A stretch of 64,000 nucleotides of DNA from an uncultured Gammaproteobacteria bacterium (GTDB taxonomy: Bacteria > Patescibacteriota > Microgenomatia > Levybacterales > GWA1-39-11), in contig CAZAJO010000010.1 in the NCBI GenBank assembly GCA_964485575.1, positions 450 to 64,449 on the forward strand, read 5' to 3'. Within the stretch, counting starts at the first letter, position 1. Every line of letters starts with the position of its first letter. Made by a program: the position numbers and the translations under genes. The notes under the pieces were generated by a model. The model worked only from the letters and a program-made list of their open reading frames with translations, had not been told where the DNA came from and did not search any database. Shown here piece by piece: positions 48,956 to 59,610 of the stretch.

Positions 48956-49729
48956 TTATTTGAGTTCTTCGTCAATTATTGCCTTGAATGCTGCAAATGG
49001 TTGAGCACCAACCAATTGCTTTCCATTTATATAAAATGTTGGAGTTCCGCTTACCCCAACCGCAGCCCCAGCAGTATTGTCTTCATCAATTTCTTTTTGG
49101 TGGGTTTTTGCGTCATAGCAACTGTTAAATGAAGCTGTATCAAGGCCAAGATCGCCGGCCCATGCTTTTATTTGATCATCTGTCATAGTTGCAACTGTTG
49201 CATTGTTATCAAAAATCTTGTCATGCATTTTCCAGAAAGCATCCTGGTCATTTGCACATTCAGCTGCATGTGCTAAAGGAACTGCCTTGGGGTGGAAAGG
49301 AAGAGGGTAATGTCTGTAATAAAGTTTTACTTTTCCTGTGTCAATATAGTCTTTCTTTAATTGTGGTAGTGTATCGGTATAAAATCTGCCGCAGAATGGA
49401 CATTCAAAGTCAGAAAATTCAACAATAGTTACTTTTGCATTATTATTTCCCTCAACTGGTAGGTGACCCATTTTGAGGTCTTTTTTTACTTGTTCAGGAT
49501 CTGGTGCTACTGGTTGTTGGGGAGCTTGCTGCCCTGCTGGTGCGACTGCTGTTGGAGCCGCAGCTACAGGTTCTTTTTGGAGAGCTTCGACTTTACCAAG
49601 TAAGTATCCAATGACAAGAAAAGCGACAAGCAAAAGGACGTAAACAAGTTTTGAACCAATAGTTTTTAATGGAGTATTCAAAATAAGTGTTCCAATTGTC
49701 ATTTTTCCAGAGGATTTACTCGACGCCAT
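48956..49729 (-). CDS. DsbA/BdbD-like thiol-disulfide oxidoreductase
   Basis: EFSDFECPFC, GVSGTPTF. Confidence 0.92.
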   Translation of the reverse strand: MASSKSSGKMTIGTLILNTPLKTIGSKLVYVLLLVAFLVIGYLLGKVEALQKEPVAAAPTAVAPAGQQAPQQPVAPDPEQVKKDLKMGHLPVEGNNNAKVTIVEFSDFECPFCGRFYTDTLPQLKKDYIDTGKVKLYYRHYPLPFHPKAVPLAHAAECANDQDAFWKMHDKIFDNNATVATMTDDQIKAWAGDLGLDTASFNSCYDAKTHQKEIDEDNTAGAAVGVSGTPTFYINGKQLVGAQPFAAFKAIIDEELK

Positions 49730-49874
49730 ATGTAACACTATGCCAGATTATTTTTTTTATGTCAAGGCGTTTCTAAAAGGGTACTTTTGGAAGTTGAGAA
49801 TATATTTTGTTTTTGCTATAGTGGCAAAAGCTCCATAAGTTAACTAACAGCATGGCCCTTGATTTGAAGCTAAT

Positions 49875-50582
49875 ATGTCCAATAAAAAGGAAAAAATAGT
49901 ACTTTCTCTCGGAGGTTCACTCGTAGTTCCAGAAGGCGGTCTCAATATAGAATTTTTGAAAAATTTCAATAATTTTATACGAGCTAGTCTTAAAAAAAAT
50001 CCTGATTTACAATTCTTTATTGTTGTTGGTGGAGGAACAATTGCCCGGGAATATAGAGATGCTGGTGAAGAAGTACTGGGGCACGCACTAACCCATGAAG
50101 ATTTGGATTGGCTTGGCATTCATGCAACAAGACTTAATGCTCAACTCATAAGAACTATCTTTAGGGATATTGCCCACCCTCATCTTATCAAGCACTATGA
50201 AATCATAAGAAAAGTGAATGAGCCGGTTGTCGTTGCAGCAGGTTGGAAACCGGGCTGGTCAACAGATTTTTGTGCAGTGCTGGTATGTGAAGACTATGAT
50301 GTGGCAAAAATTGTCAATTTAAGTAATATTGACGCAGCATATGACAGCGACCCTCGTAAAAATCCAAAGGCAAAAAAGATAGAGGCTTGCACATGGAAGG
50401 AATTCAGAAAACTAGTTGGGGATAAATGGACCCCCGGGATGAATGCGCCGTTTGATCCTGTTGCCTCCCGTCAGGCACAGGAAATGGGACTTACGACCGT
50501 GATTCTAAAGGGAACCAATTTTTCAAACCTCACAAATTACATGGAAGGCAAGAAATTCGAAGGAACAGTGGTGCAAGGCTAA
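49875..50582 (+). CDS. pyrH: UMP kinase, archaeal-type
   Basis: SLGGS, VGGG..AR.Y, PGWSTD, PFDP.A. Confidence 0.92.
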   Translation: MSNKKEKIVLSLGGSLVVPEGGLNIEFLKNFNNFIRASLKKNPDLQFFIVVGGGTIAREYRDAGEEVLGHALTHEDLDWLGIHATRLNAQLIRTIFRDIAHPHLIKHYEIIRKVNEPVVVAAGWKPGWSTDFCAVLVCEDYDVAKIVNLSNIDAAYDSDPRKNPKAKKIEACTWKEFRKLVGDKWTPGMNAPFDPVASRQAQEMGLTTVILKGTNFSNLTNYMEGKKFEGTVVQG

Positions 50583-50618
50583 TTCGCGTTTAGGGTTTAG
50601 TTGAGCTAAAATTAATCC

Positions 50619-51437
50619 ATGCAAGAGTTTAACCCCGAAGAGCTTAAGAAATTATATATTCCTGCCTCTTCTTCCCACAAAGCCCAGAATGGCAAAGTGA
50701 TGCTCATTGCTGGTAGCAAATTATTCCACGCTGCAAGTATCTGGCCCCTTACGACAATTTCTCGGATTGTTGATATGGTTTTTTACGCCTCAACTTCTGA
50801 GAATAATGAGAATGTGACTAAGATGAAGGAGAAGTTTTTAAATGGTATAGTTATTCCTCGAGAAAAAATTGATGACTATATTTTAGAGGCAGACTGTATT
50901 TTGATCGGACCTGGAATGCCACGGGAAAGTGGTCAGCAAGAAGGGGATGATGACACAAAAGTACTTACGGAAAGTTTGCTTACTAAATATAAAGATAAAA
51001 AATGGGTAGTAGATGGAGGAAGTCTTCAGACAATAAGCCCTGAAATATTGCCGCCAACTGCAATAGTTACCCCTCACAAAGGAGAGTTTTTGAAGCTGTT
51101 TGGAACTGAACCAACGGAAGTATCGGTACCCGAAATGGCAAGAAAATATAATATTGTCATTCTTTCAAAAGGAGAGGTTGATATTGTTAGTTCTCCCAGG
51201 GAAACAGTGAAGGTGACAGGCGGAAATGCTGGAATGACAAAGGGTGGGACTGGGGATGTTTTGGCAGGACTTACAGCTGCCCTATATTCAAAAAATGAAG
51301 CTTTTCCATCAGCATGTGCTGCTTCTTATATCAATAAAAAAGCAGGGGAAAGCTTAGAAAAGAGTATGGGACTTTACTTTAATGCTTCAGATTTATCCTC
51401 CGAAATCCCGAAGGTTATGAAAGAAACTATTCTATAG
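50619..51437 (+). CDS. nnrD: ADP-dependent NAD(P)H-hydrate dehydratase
   Basis: HK.QNG, IGPG, TPH.GEF, GGTGDVLAG. Confidence 0.9.
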   Translation: MQEFNPEELKKLYIPASSSHKAQNGKVMLIAGSKLFHAASIWPLTTISRIVDMVFYASTSENNENVTKMKEKFLNGIVIPREKIDDYILEADCILIGPGMPRESGQQEGDDDTKVLTESLLTKYKDKKWVVDGGSLQTISPEILPPTAIVTPHKGEFLKLFGTEPTEVSVPEMARKYNIVILSKGEVDIVSSPRETVKVTGGNAGMTKGGTGDVLAGLTAALYSKNEAFPSACAASYINKKAGESLEKSMGLYFNASDLSSEIPKVMKETIL

Positions 51438-51909
51438 GGAATATTTTTTGAGGAGGACAAAGATCTATTCCGGTACCCCACCCAAAACGATTGAGGTCAG
51501 ACCCTAGGGTTGTTTGCTCTTGACCAGTATAAAGTAAGTTTACCCCAATTCGTGTATATAAAGAAGGTGATACTCCGTCTAATTCTGAATATAAGAGTTC
51601 GTTACTAAAAAAACCGGTAGATTTACGGTGATATTTAACAATAAAGTCGAGTATAGTAAAGCCCATCTCATATTTTTTTAGCATTGCATGCACCTCGGAT
51701 GGTTCGAATTCACAATGATATTCAAAAGCATTACCTAGTGAGTCAGCAAGTTCTTCTTGTGACCAAGCTTCATCATACTCAGGATGCTTTTGAGCTTCCC
51801 CAAGTAAGTTTGCAGCCTGGTATTCAAACAATGATTTTAGAGCACCAGTTTCCTTCTGTGGTTTTTGCCGTTTAAAAAAAATTGATTCTGATAGTGTTTC
51901 GTTTGTCAC
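51427..51909 (-). CDS. hypothetical protein
   Basis: 160-aa ORF overlapping the recF stop. Confidence 0.55.
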   Translation of the reverse strand: MTNETLSESIFFKRQKPQKETGALKSLFEYQAANLLGEAQKHPEYDEAWSQEELADSLGNAFEYHCEFEPSEVHAMLKKYEMGFTILDFIVKYHRKSTGFFSNELLYSELDGVSPSLYTRIGVNLLYTGQEQTTLGSDLNRFGWGTGIDLCPPQKIFPIE

Positions 51910-52952
51910 AGTTCGATAATTTCTACTTCTTCCTTATCCAAAATCTTTTTTGGTACGAATTCTTTGTGGGTAGTTGTTAAAATTGTCTGCTGGTGGGGAA
52001 GTAGGTCAAGGACTCTATGGATATTAGTATTATCAAGCTCTGAGAAAATATCATCTAACAGCAGTGTTGGAGTCACTCCCGTTTTTTCTTTTATATAGAA
52101 AGTCTCCAAGATCTTCATCTGAAAAATTGTTAGACGCTGTTCTCCGCGAGATCCAAATTCAGAAATTGGCTTTTCAGTTCCTTCAAACCGAAAGAAAAAA
52201 TCATCTCTATTTGGTCCAACAAGAGTTGTTGCGGTTGCGCGTTCAGCATCATGGTACTTATCTAACCGCTCACGAGTAATTGTGCTTTTGTCGTAAAAAA
52301 TAGCGAATGGAAAAACTTCTTTTTTGTGCTCATTAATGTAGGTAACGAGTTGTTCCCGAAATTCGGTTACTATCCCCCCATTATTTATGAGGATATTGTC
52401 CCAATACTCAAAATCAGCTGGGGAGAAGTACTTTTTTCCTTCTCGGGTTAGCCAAAGCATACGATTTCTTTGCCTCAAAGCCTTTTCATAAATTCCTATA
52501 CTCATCCTGTATTTCTTGTCAGTTTGGGAAAGAACGGAGTTTATGTAATTGCGTCTTAGTGAGGGCGAGTCAGTTATAATTTCAAGATCCTCTGGGGTAA
52601 AAAGGACTGATGGAAAACGGGAGGTAAAATCTATTTGTCGCCTGGCTACGTTATTGACCAAAAATTTCTTCGAAAATCTATTTTCTTTGACAGCCAGAAT
52701 ACCGGTGAGAGCAACTGTTCCATCATCCTCACTTACCTTTGCCTCAATCCTCGCAAAATCGTGTCCTTCAGTTATGATGTCCATGTCCCTCTCAGCCTTA
52801 AAGCTTTTTCCATGGGACAAAAATTGAATTGCTTCAAGAATGGATGTTTTTCCAACAGTATTGCGGCCAATAATTACGGTAGTTAACGGGAATGTAAAAG
52901 TTGCGTTTTTGTGATTGCGGACGTTTTTGAGTTTGAGAGATATAAGCGACAT
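51906..52952 (-). CDS. recF: DNA repair protein RecF
   Basis: G.N..GKTSILEAI, GP.RDD, SRGEQR, LLLDDIFSELD. Confidence 0.93.
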   Translation of the reverse strand: MSLISLKLKNVRNHKNATFTFPLTTVIIGRNTVGKTSILEAIQFLSHGKSFKAERDMDIITEGHDFARIEAKVSEDDGTVALTGILAVKENRFSKKFLVNNVARRQIDFTSRFPSVLFTPEDLEIITDSPSLRRNYINSVLSQTDKKYRMSIGIYEKALRQRNRMLWLTREGKKYFSPADFEYWDNILINNGGIVTEFREQLVTYINEHKKEVFPFAIFYDKSTITRERLDKYHDAERATATTLVGPNRDDFFFRFEGTEKPISEFGSRGEQRLTIFQMKILETFYIKEKTGVTPTLLLDDIFSELDNTNIHRVLDLLPHQQTILTTTHKEFVPKKILDKEEVEIIEL

Positions 52953-52971
52953 GTCGCTAATATATCACAAA

Positions 52972-53250
52972 TCATTTCTTCTCTTCTTTTGCCTCAAGTC
53001 GGCGAAGAACTTTGGATAGTTGGTACGTTACAAGCACAGCAATCAATGTTATGACAATAGCGTAAATTGCAAGAGAAGTTATCTTTCCTCCACCCGGTAA
53101 CCAAGCTTTTATATATGTATCAACAAATTCTTGGATCAGTGAGTTCCAGGCAAGAGCAGCAACGAGTCCGAAAGCAGCTGTTGCAAGTGTTAGCATTTGT
53201 CTTACCAATTCGATGGTAAATTTGAGGTTTGAAGTTTTAAGTGCGGCCAT
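52972..53250 (-). CDS. small membrane protein (DUF5654-like)
   Basis: TAAFGLVAALAWN motif. Confidence 0.75.
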   Translation of the reverse strand: MAALKTSNLKFTIELVRQMLTLATAAFGLVAALAWNSLIQEFVDTYIKAWLPGGGKITSLAIYAIVITLIAVLVTYQLSKVLRRLEAKEEKK

Positions 53251-53304
53251 ACCTTGATATAATACTACAAGTAAATAAATATACAACTGACTAATCACTA
53301 AATT

Positions 53305-54339
53305 ATGTACAGACCAGCATTTTCCATCACCAACAAAATTCTCAAAAACATCGGCGAGATCGAAGCAGCAAAAGAGGTTATTGAACACGCACCCCTACTT
53401 CCCTATTGGGAAAAGAGATTTCAAGACGAAGCAATACTTCGTACAACTCACTATGGAACCCACATTGAGGGGAATGAACTTTCTCTAACTCAGGTGCAAA
53501 AAGTTTTTGACGGAGAGAGGATAGTAGCGAGAGATAGGGACGTTCAGGAGGTTATAAATTATAGGAAAGTTGTTGAATATATTGGGGACAAAAAAGATGT
53601 AAAGATTGACGAAGGAACCATACAGGAGTTGCACAGGTTGGTTGTAGAAAAACTTCTTGATGACGATGTTTCTGGCAAATACCGAGAAAAGGAAGTAGTT
53701 ATACGAAATAGCATCACGGGTGACGTATCTTTTCGTCCTCCTCATGCAGTTGAAGTTGAGTGGCAGATGAAGGACTTGGTGGAATTTATCAATGAGGAAA
53801 AAGAGATACACCCGGTACTAAAGGCTGGTATTGTTCACTACGAATTTGTGAGAGTCCACCCATTTTTGGATGGAAATGGGAGAGTAGGACGTGCTCTATC
53901 TATGCTCGTTCTTTTTTCTGACGGTTATGATATCCGGGAATTTTTCTCTTTAGAAGAACATTTTGACCGAAATGCTGAGGAGTATTATAAATCACTTCAG
54001 AGTGTTGCGGCCAATAATGGGGATGTCACTGCGTGGCTAGAATACTTTACACAGTGTCTCGCTATTGAGCTCTCAAAGATAAAAGAAAAGATAGAGCACA
54101 TCTCAATTGATAGTAAATTGAAAGAAAAGTTAGGTGGCGCACCGGTTATGTTGTCTGAAAGACAATTAAAACTTATCGAATATATGCAGGAGATTGGATA
54201 TCTTGAAAATAAATCTTTCTCAAGTCTTTTTCCCGATATATCAGAAGATTCTGTTCTTCGTGAGGTACAAGATTTGGTAAAAAAAGGTATAATCGTCAAG
54301 AAAGGAAAGACTAAAGGGGTTAAATACCTCATGGCTTAA
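53305..54339 (+). CDS. Fic domain protein with C-terminal HTH
   Basis: HPFLDGNGRVGR; TxxxEGN-like inhibitory motif (THIEGN). Confidence 0.92.
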   Translation: MYRPAFSITNKILKNIGEIEAAKEVIEHAPLLPYWEKRFQDEAILRTTHYGTHIEGNELSLTQVQKVFDGERIVARDRDVQEVINYRKVVEYIGDKKDVKIDEGTIQELHRLVVEKLLDDDVSGKYREKEVVIRNSITGDVSFRPPHAVEVEWQMKDLVEFINEEKEIHPVLKAGIVHYEFVRVHPFLDGNGRVGRALSMLVLFSDGYDIREFFSLEEHFDRNAEEYYKSLQSVAANNGDVTAWLEYFTQCLAIELSKIKEKIEHISIDSKLKEKLGGAPVMLSERQLKLIEYMQEIGYLENKSFSSLFPDISEDSVLREVQDLVKKGIIVKKGKTKGVKYLMA

Positions 54340-54340
54340 A

Positions 54341-54853
54341 ATGGAAGTAACTAATGGGATAGACAAAGATAAAGAGAGTTTTGATACGCATAGACACCTA
54401 GCACCAGCCGAACATGTTGTCATTGGTAGTACAGCAAAGGTAGGGGATGGTACTTTTGGAAGTTTAGATTTTTTTAGGATTATAGAAGAAGGGGGAATTA
54501 CTGAAGAATATAGAAGACCACCTGCAGTAAAAGATGGAGGAGTCGAGGCGGCGAATAATGTGAGGAAAAAGGCATATCTTGCTGGTGCTTTAGCTCCATT
54601 CACTATCGATCAGGTAGACATAATGTTTGCCTATCCACACACTTCTCAGGCTTTTTTTCCTGGGCCACTTAGCGAGAAAGGTTTGATTGGTGAAGATTTT
54701 AAAGTTGCGATAGTGGATACTGAAACCGATGAAATTGTTCACCCTGAACTCCTTGATAAACTCGCATTGACTGGTAAATGGGTAACAACATACGAGATAA
54801 ATCATCAAGGGGACCATGTATTGGTTACTCCCAAAACTCCAATATTTAAATGA
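54341..54853 (+). CDS. hypothetical protein
   Basis: 170-aa ORF between fic and lig. Confidence 0.55.
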   Translation: MEVTNGIDKDKESFDTHRHLAPAEHVVIGSTAKVGDGTFGSLDFFRIIEEGGITEEYRRPPAVKDGGVEAANNVRKKAYLAGALAPFTIDQVDIMFAYPHTSQAFFPGPLSEKGLIGEDFKVAIVDTETDEIVHPELLDKLALTGKWVTTYEINHQGDHVLVTPKTPIFK

Positions 54854-56616
54854 AGTTTAAAGACCTTTCCATTTATCTCCAAAAATTAGAAAACACAGCG
54901 TCAAGAAATGACATGATTCTACTCCTGGCAGAACTTTTTAAAGAAGTGCCAGCAAATGACTTTGATAAAGTCATGTATTTACTTCAGGGTAGAGTAGTTC
55001 CTTTGTATGTAAATGTAGAATTTGGGATGGCCGATAAGATGGTTTTAAAGGCCCTCTCGATAGCACATGGAATTGACGAAAAAGAGTTATCAGTGGAGTT
55101 TAAAAAAATTGGAGATATAGGAGATCTTTCTGAGAAGTTATCAGCAGGAGATACAGGTAAGCGTCAAGAAGTGACGATTGATCACGTTTTTGGCGAATTA
55201 GAAAAGATCGCAAAAATAAGTGGAGAGGGAAGTGTCGAGCAAAAAACTAGCACACTATCTAATTTACTGCAAGAAAGCGATCCTCTGTCCTGCCGATACA
55301 TTGCGCGTATCCCAGTTGCCAAATTAAGACTCGGATTTTCTGACATGACGGTTCTTGATTCTTTATCCTGGATGCTAAAAGGAGACAAATCACTTCGTCC
55401 TATAATTGAGAAAGCTTATAACATAAGACCAGACTTGGGATACATCGGCAAGTTGATAAAAGAAAAGGGAGTAGAGGGTCTTAACTCTACAAAACCTACT
55501 GTTGGCACACCAGTTCTCATGGCACGTGCCGAGAGGTTATCTTCGGGACAGGAAATAGTGGACAAGATTGGTGAATGCGCTGTCGAGCCAAAGTTTGACG
55601 GATTTCGTATTCAAGCACATTACAGTAAGCGCGATGGAGTTAAATTGTTCACCCGAGGACTTGAGGAGGTAACCTTCATGTACCCAGATATTGAGGCAGG
55701 AATTATTGAACAGGTGAAAGCAGATGAGGCAATTTTTGAAGGAGAGGCTATCGCATATAATCCCGCTACCAACGAATATCTTCCTTTTCAACTTACCTCA
55801 CAGCGAAAAAGAAAATACGATATCGAGGAGATGGCCAGAAAAATCCCCCTCAAGTATATGGTTTTTGATCTGCTTTATATAAATGGAAAAAATATGATTT
55901 CAGAAACTTACGAAATTAGGAGAGCTGGGTTTGCGGACCTGATGAGCGAGGGTGCTGTTCTTTATCCTTCCGACGAAAAGAAATTCTCGGACGGGAAAGA
56001 AATAGAAAATTATTTTGACAAATGCATTGCTGATGGGCTTGAGGGGATTTTGGCCAAAAAGTTGGATGGATCTTATCAGGCAGGAGCAAGAAGCTGGAAT
56101 TGGATTAAGTTAAAAAGGTCATATCAGTCAAAACTTGATGACACGATTGACTGTGTTGTTATGGGGTATTACTACGGTCGTGGGAAAAGAACGAGCTTTG
56201 GAATAGGGGCATTTCTTATCGGTATTTATGACGAATCACAGGATAAATTTATGACAATTGCAAAAGTCGGAACCGGACTAACGGATGAGGAGTGGAAGGA
56301 GTTGGCCAAAAGAGGGGATAAATTAAAATCCAAGACAAAGCCAACACTCTACGAAGTTGATAAGTGGTTGGAGCCTGATGTGTGGATAACGCCTGAAATC
56401 GTAGTTGAGATACGAGCAGATGAATTGACCCGTTCCCCCATACATACTGCGGGACGCATTATGAAGGCCTCAAAATCGGGATCTGCATTTGATGTAGACG
56501 TTGCTGGATATGCGCTTCGTTTCCCGCGCCTAGAGCGATTCCGTGACGACAAAAAAAGTACTGACTCAACGACTTTAAAGGAAGTAGAGGAAATATTTAA
56601 GTTGCAGAAAAAGTGA
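54850..56616 (+). CDS. lig: ATP-dependent DNA ligase (archaeal/eukaryote-like)
   Basis: EPKFDGFRIQAH, EGILAK, W.KLK, ALRFPR. Confidence 0.95.
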   Translation: MKFKDLSIYLQKLENTASRNDMILLLAELFKEVPANDFDKVMYLLQGRVVPLYVNVEFGMADKMVLKALSIAHGIDEKELSVEFKKIGDIGDLSEKLSAGDTGKRQEVTIDHVFGELEKIAKISGEGSVEQKTSTLSNLLQESDPLSCRYIARIPVAKLRLGFSDMTVLDSLSWMLKGDKSLRPIIEKAYNIRPDLGYIGKLIKEKGVEGLNSTKPTVGTPVLMARAERLSSGQEIVDKIGECAVEPKFDGFRIQAHYSKRDGVKLFTRGLEEVTFMYPDIEAGIIEQVKADEAIFEGEAIAYNPATNEYLPFQLTSQRKRKYDIEEMARKIPLKYMVFDLLYINGKNMISETYEIRRAGFADLMSEGAVLYPSDEKKFSDGKEIENYFDKCIADGLEGILAKKLDGSYQAGARSWNWIKLKRSYQSKLDDTIDCVVMGYYYGRGKRTSFGIGAFLIGIYDESQDKFMTIAKVGTGLTDEEWKELAKRGDKLKSKTKPTLYEVDKWLEPDVWITPEIVVEIRADELTRSPIHTAGRIMKASKSGSAFDVDVAGYALRFPRLERFRDDKKSTDSTTLKEVEEIFKLQKK

Positions 56617-56617
56617 A

Positions 56618-56899
56618 CTAATGACAGGGGCGAGGATCAGGTATTCCGCTAAATGTAGATACTAGATTTTCAGATGCTGGTTTTATGGATCCAAGTTCAG
56701 CCACAACCAGTTTAAATCCGCTTACCAATTCTATCGAACCTTCATCGAGTAATGAAACTGCTGCGGCCGAGATGTGCGTCTTATCAATGCCGGTTGCATC
56801 GGAAATATATTCCGAATGAGCCTGATCTCTATTGTTAGCAACAGATTGTAGGACAAGCTCTTGGATTTCAACAAAAGTAAACTTATTTTCAGCTGACAT
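56618..56899 (-). CDS. small hypothetical protein, possible winged-HTH
   Basis: I...TGI....IS.A...L...G.I pattern. Confidence 0.45.
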   Translation of the reverse strand: MSAENKFTFVEIQELVLQSVANNRDQAHSEYISDATGIDKTHISAAAVSLLDEGSIELVSGFKLVVAELGSIKPASENLVSTFSGIPDPRPCH

Positions 56900-56938
56900 A
56901 TTTAGAATTATAATTGCAAACAAGATAATTGCAAATTT

Positions 56939-58663
56939 TTACCAACTTCCTCCCCCGCCTCCCCCGCCTCCACCACCTGAGGAACCACCAGAAAATCCTG
57001 ATCCTGATGAGGAGGGTGGGGTTGCAGATGTCGCAAAACTGCTATATGAATGAGACATACTTGATGCAAAAAGCACAGAATTGAAATGGGTTGAGGATAT
57101 CCCTTCATACCAATCAGGATTTTTTAGATCAAATGCTTCAAACCGCTTTGCCCACTGTTTTTCAACTCCGAATGCCATAGCATATGGCAATAATTTTTCA
57201 AATAACATCTGTTTTTCTCCCTGAAAATTAAGTTGACGTTCTTGAGAAGAGAGGAAGTTTTTTAATCCTTCGGCCTGCTTTGCAGTTTGAGCACCCAAGA
57301 GTGTTTTTCTTGGCATGACTCTTCCAAATACGAAAGCGATAAATGCCATAATGAAATTAAAAGTAAAAAGACCCATGCTTCCGAGTGCATAATATTTCAT
57401 GCGTTTCGTATTTGGGTTTTCGGTAAAATACCCATGCTTGACTAAAAGCGAGTAAAGTTTTTTTTGGACGGCAGCAGTTGTTGTATAAAGTTTTATTGTT
57501 TTCAATTCGACATCGTCTCCATCTTCAAATAAGCCGCTGTATAGCGTTTGTTCGAATGGTAAAAGTGAATCTTTTTTCTTTGGAACATCTTTTATAAGGT
57601 GAAACTCTTTATTTTTAGGTTCTGTAATCTTTAGGTGACCTCGCCGGGCCAAATCAACAATAGTAGAGAAGATATCACGATTGTTGACGGTCTCATCAAT
57701 CAAAGCTCCAGTTTCTGCGGGTGTTAGGAACCGTTTTCCTACTTTTGGCGGGTCAAATGTTGCCCTGACAGCAATGCCAACTTCAGGATCTCGGCCTTTT
57801 CTATACCACATTATGATCAGATATACCGGTAGAACGATATACCAAAGAAAAATCCCGATAATAATTCCAACAAGTGTAACTTTACCATACCATCTGTCAA
57901 AGAACGGTACAAATACTTCTGGTTTTAACACCTCAACAATTCCTTTTGGAAAACTTTCTGCAAAAGTTAGACCTTCTGATGAATTGAGAAAGAGAGTTGT
58001 AGTAAAAGTGGTAGTTGTGCCATCAGTTGTACCGGTGCAATTTTGTTTTGTTGACCCGTAGGGGCCTGTATAACATAGAAGTTTGATTTGTTCAGGGGAT
58101 AAGACTTTTGGAAGGGTAATTGAGGCTGTAGCTTTTTTAATAGGCACATCCCATCCATTTCCTGTAACATTCCAATACAACTCGTCATGATCAGAAAAGT
58201 ATCCTAACTCACCACGCGCTACATACGAGATAACATATGTATGTTCTCCTTCGATAGTACGGTTTGGATCTCCTATCTTAAGAACCCACTGTTCACCGCT
58301 TTTTGAAGTCTTTGATTTGTATTTTTTACCATTTTCATCAGTTACCGTATCGAATTTAAAGGAAACATCATATCTTTTTCCATTATCATATTTTGTGAAT
58401 GGGATGTTTCTGAATATCCCATGTCTTGGATAATCAAAAAAGTATTTAATAGTTTCCTTAACAGCTATCGAACCATCTTTTGCAATGACGATATCTGAAT
58501 GGAAATCCTCAACACGCTCCCCAGTAACACTATTGTTAATAGCCTCCATTGTTTGTTGTTCAAGGTCAGACTGGGAGTTGATTTCAACAGCATTTACGCG
58601 AACTACAAAAATAAAACTTAAAACCGCAACAAACAAGGATGTGAGTAAAATTTTAAACTTCAT
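56939..58663 (-). CDS. DUF2207 membrane protein
   Basis: HGIFR.IP, ELYWNVTG..W, LPYAMAFG, Gly-rich GGGGSW terminus. Confidence 0.9.
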   Translation of the reverse strand: MKFKILLTSLFVAVLSFIFVVRVNAVEINSQSDLEQQTMEAINNSVTGERVEDFHSDIVIAKDGSIAVKETIKYFFDYPRHGIFRNIPFTKYDNGKRYDVSFKFDTVTDENGKKYKSKTSKSGEQWVLKIGDPNRTIEGEHTYVISYVARGELGYFSDHDELYWNVTGNGWDVPIKKATASITLPKVLSPEQIKLLCYTGPYGSTKQNCTGTTDGTTTTFTTTLFLNSSEGLTFAESFPKGIVEVLKPEVFVPFFDRWYGKVTLVGIIIGIFLWYIVLPVYLIIMWYRKGRDPEVGIAVRATFDPPKVGKRFLTPAETGALIDETVNNRDIFSTIVDLARRGHLKITEPKNKEFHLIKDVPKKKDSLLPFEQTLYSGLFEDGDDVELKTIKLYTTTAAVQKKLYSLLVKHGYFTENPNTKRMKYYALGSMGLFTFNFIMAFIAFVFGRVMPRKTLLGAQTAKQAEGLKNFLSSQERQLNFQGEKQMLFEKLLPYAMAFGVEKQWAKRFEAFDLKNPDWYEGISSTHFNSVLFASSMSHSYSSFATSATPPSSSGSGFSGGSSGGGGGGGGGGSW

Positions 58664-58958
58664 AAAAATATTTTGATAAATCTAAGTGTGTTTCGTCTTT
58701 GAATTTTACACCCTCGCGCTCTAGCCTTTTTCGTTGTTCGCCTATTCCTCCAAATGCAAAACCGGGGGCAATCCTTCCATCCCGATTAACAACTCGGTGA
58801 CAAGGAACCTCTCCCTCATAAGGATTTAAATGAAGAGCGGTGCCAACGGTTCTTGGAGACATATGTAGTTTTTTACCAATAGCACCATACGTTGTTACTT
58901 TTCCTTTTGGGATTTTACTTACTAACTCGTAAACTTTTTCTCGGTAGTCTTTAATCAT
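58653..58958 (-). CDS. MGMT/Ogt-family alkyltransferase-like protein
   Basis: IP.GKVTTYG, PRTVG, VPCHRVV. Confidence 0.9.
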   Translation of the reverse strand: MIKDYREKVYELVSKIPKGKVTTYGAIGKKLHMSPRTVGTALHLNPYEGEVPCHRVVNRDGRIAPGFAFGGIGEQRKRLEREGVKFKDETHLDLSKYFYEV

Positions 58959-59042
58959 CTGAGTGCAATATACCTTTTTTATTACGTAAAATCAAAGTCG
59001 GGTATGAATAGTTCTACGCGATTTGCAACTTTTCTTTGCAAA

Positions 59043-59609
59043 TCAGCGTGAGACTATTACATACGACGAAACGTAGCCTATTACAATATACCGTAATAGT
59101 CTTCCGGCGAATGTAAGTATCAAAAAGCGTTTTATGGGATATTTTGAGATCCCAGCAACCATTCCAATACCATCAAAGAGGGGGTTTGGGAAGAAAGCAA
59201 AGGCCAAAATTACCATTCCTCCCCATCTATCAAATACTTTCTTTTTAAATTTTTTAAGTACCTTATGCTTATCAAGATTAAAAGCTTTTCTTGATGTGTA
59301 TCCAAAAAGAAATGTTGTCCCCTCACCAATGGCACCACCCAAAGCTGCAACAAAAGCAACTAAAAGTGGATTTGTCGTTGTTGCTGAAATTCCTACCGAT
59401 AAGAAAGCAGGTGTTGGCAGAAATATAGTAGCGCTCCCGATAAGATTGAGCATAAATACACCAACAAGTCCCAATGACCTAAATTCTTTGTGATTTATCT
59501 GATAAAAAATTGGAAGAAAAAGAACGATGCCAAGCACAAATAGGAGGAGAAAGTACAACTTTCTATGATGACGTTGATTTCGGCGGAGGCGGGCAAGTAT
59601 AGGCTTCAT
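59043..59609 (-). CDS. VTT/DedA family membrane protein
   Basis: GGAIGE...F.FG, PNPLFD..G. Confidence 0.8.
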   Translation of the reverse strand: MKPILARLRRNQRHHRKLYFLLLFVLGIVLFLPIFYQINHKEFRSLGLVGVFMLNLIGSATIFLPTPAFLSVGISATTTNPLLVAFVAALGGAIGEGTTFLFGYTSRKAFNLDKHKVLKKFKKKVFDRWGGMVILAFAFFPNPLFDGIGMVAGISKYPIKRFLILTFAGRLLRYIVIGYVSSYVIVSR

Positions 59610-59610
59610 G

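Noticed and set aside
56939-57020. C-rich GC patch
   Set aside because: It is the Gly/Ser-rich tail of the DUF2207 protein.
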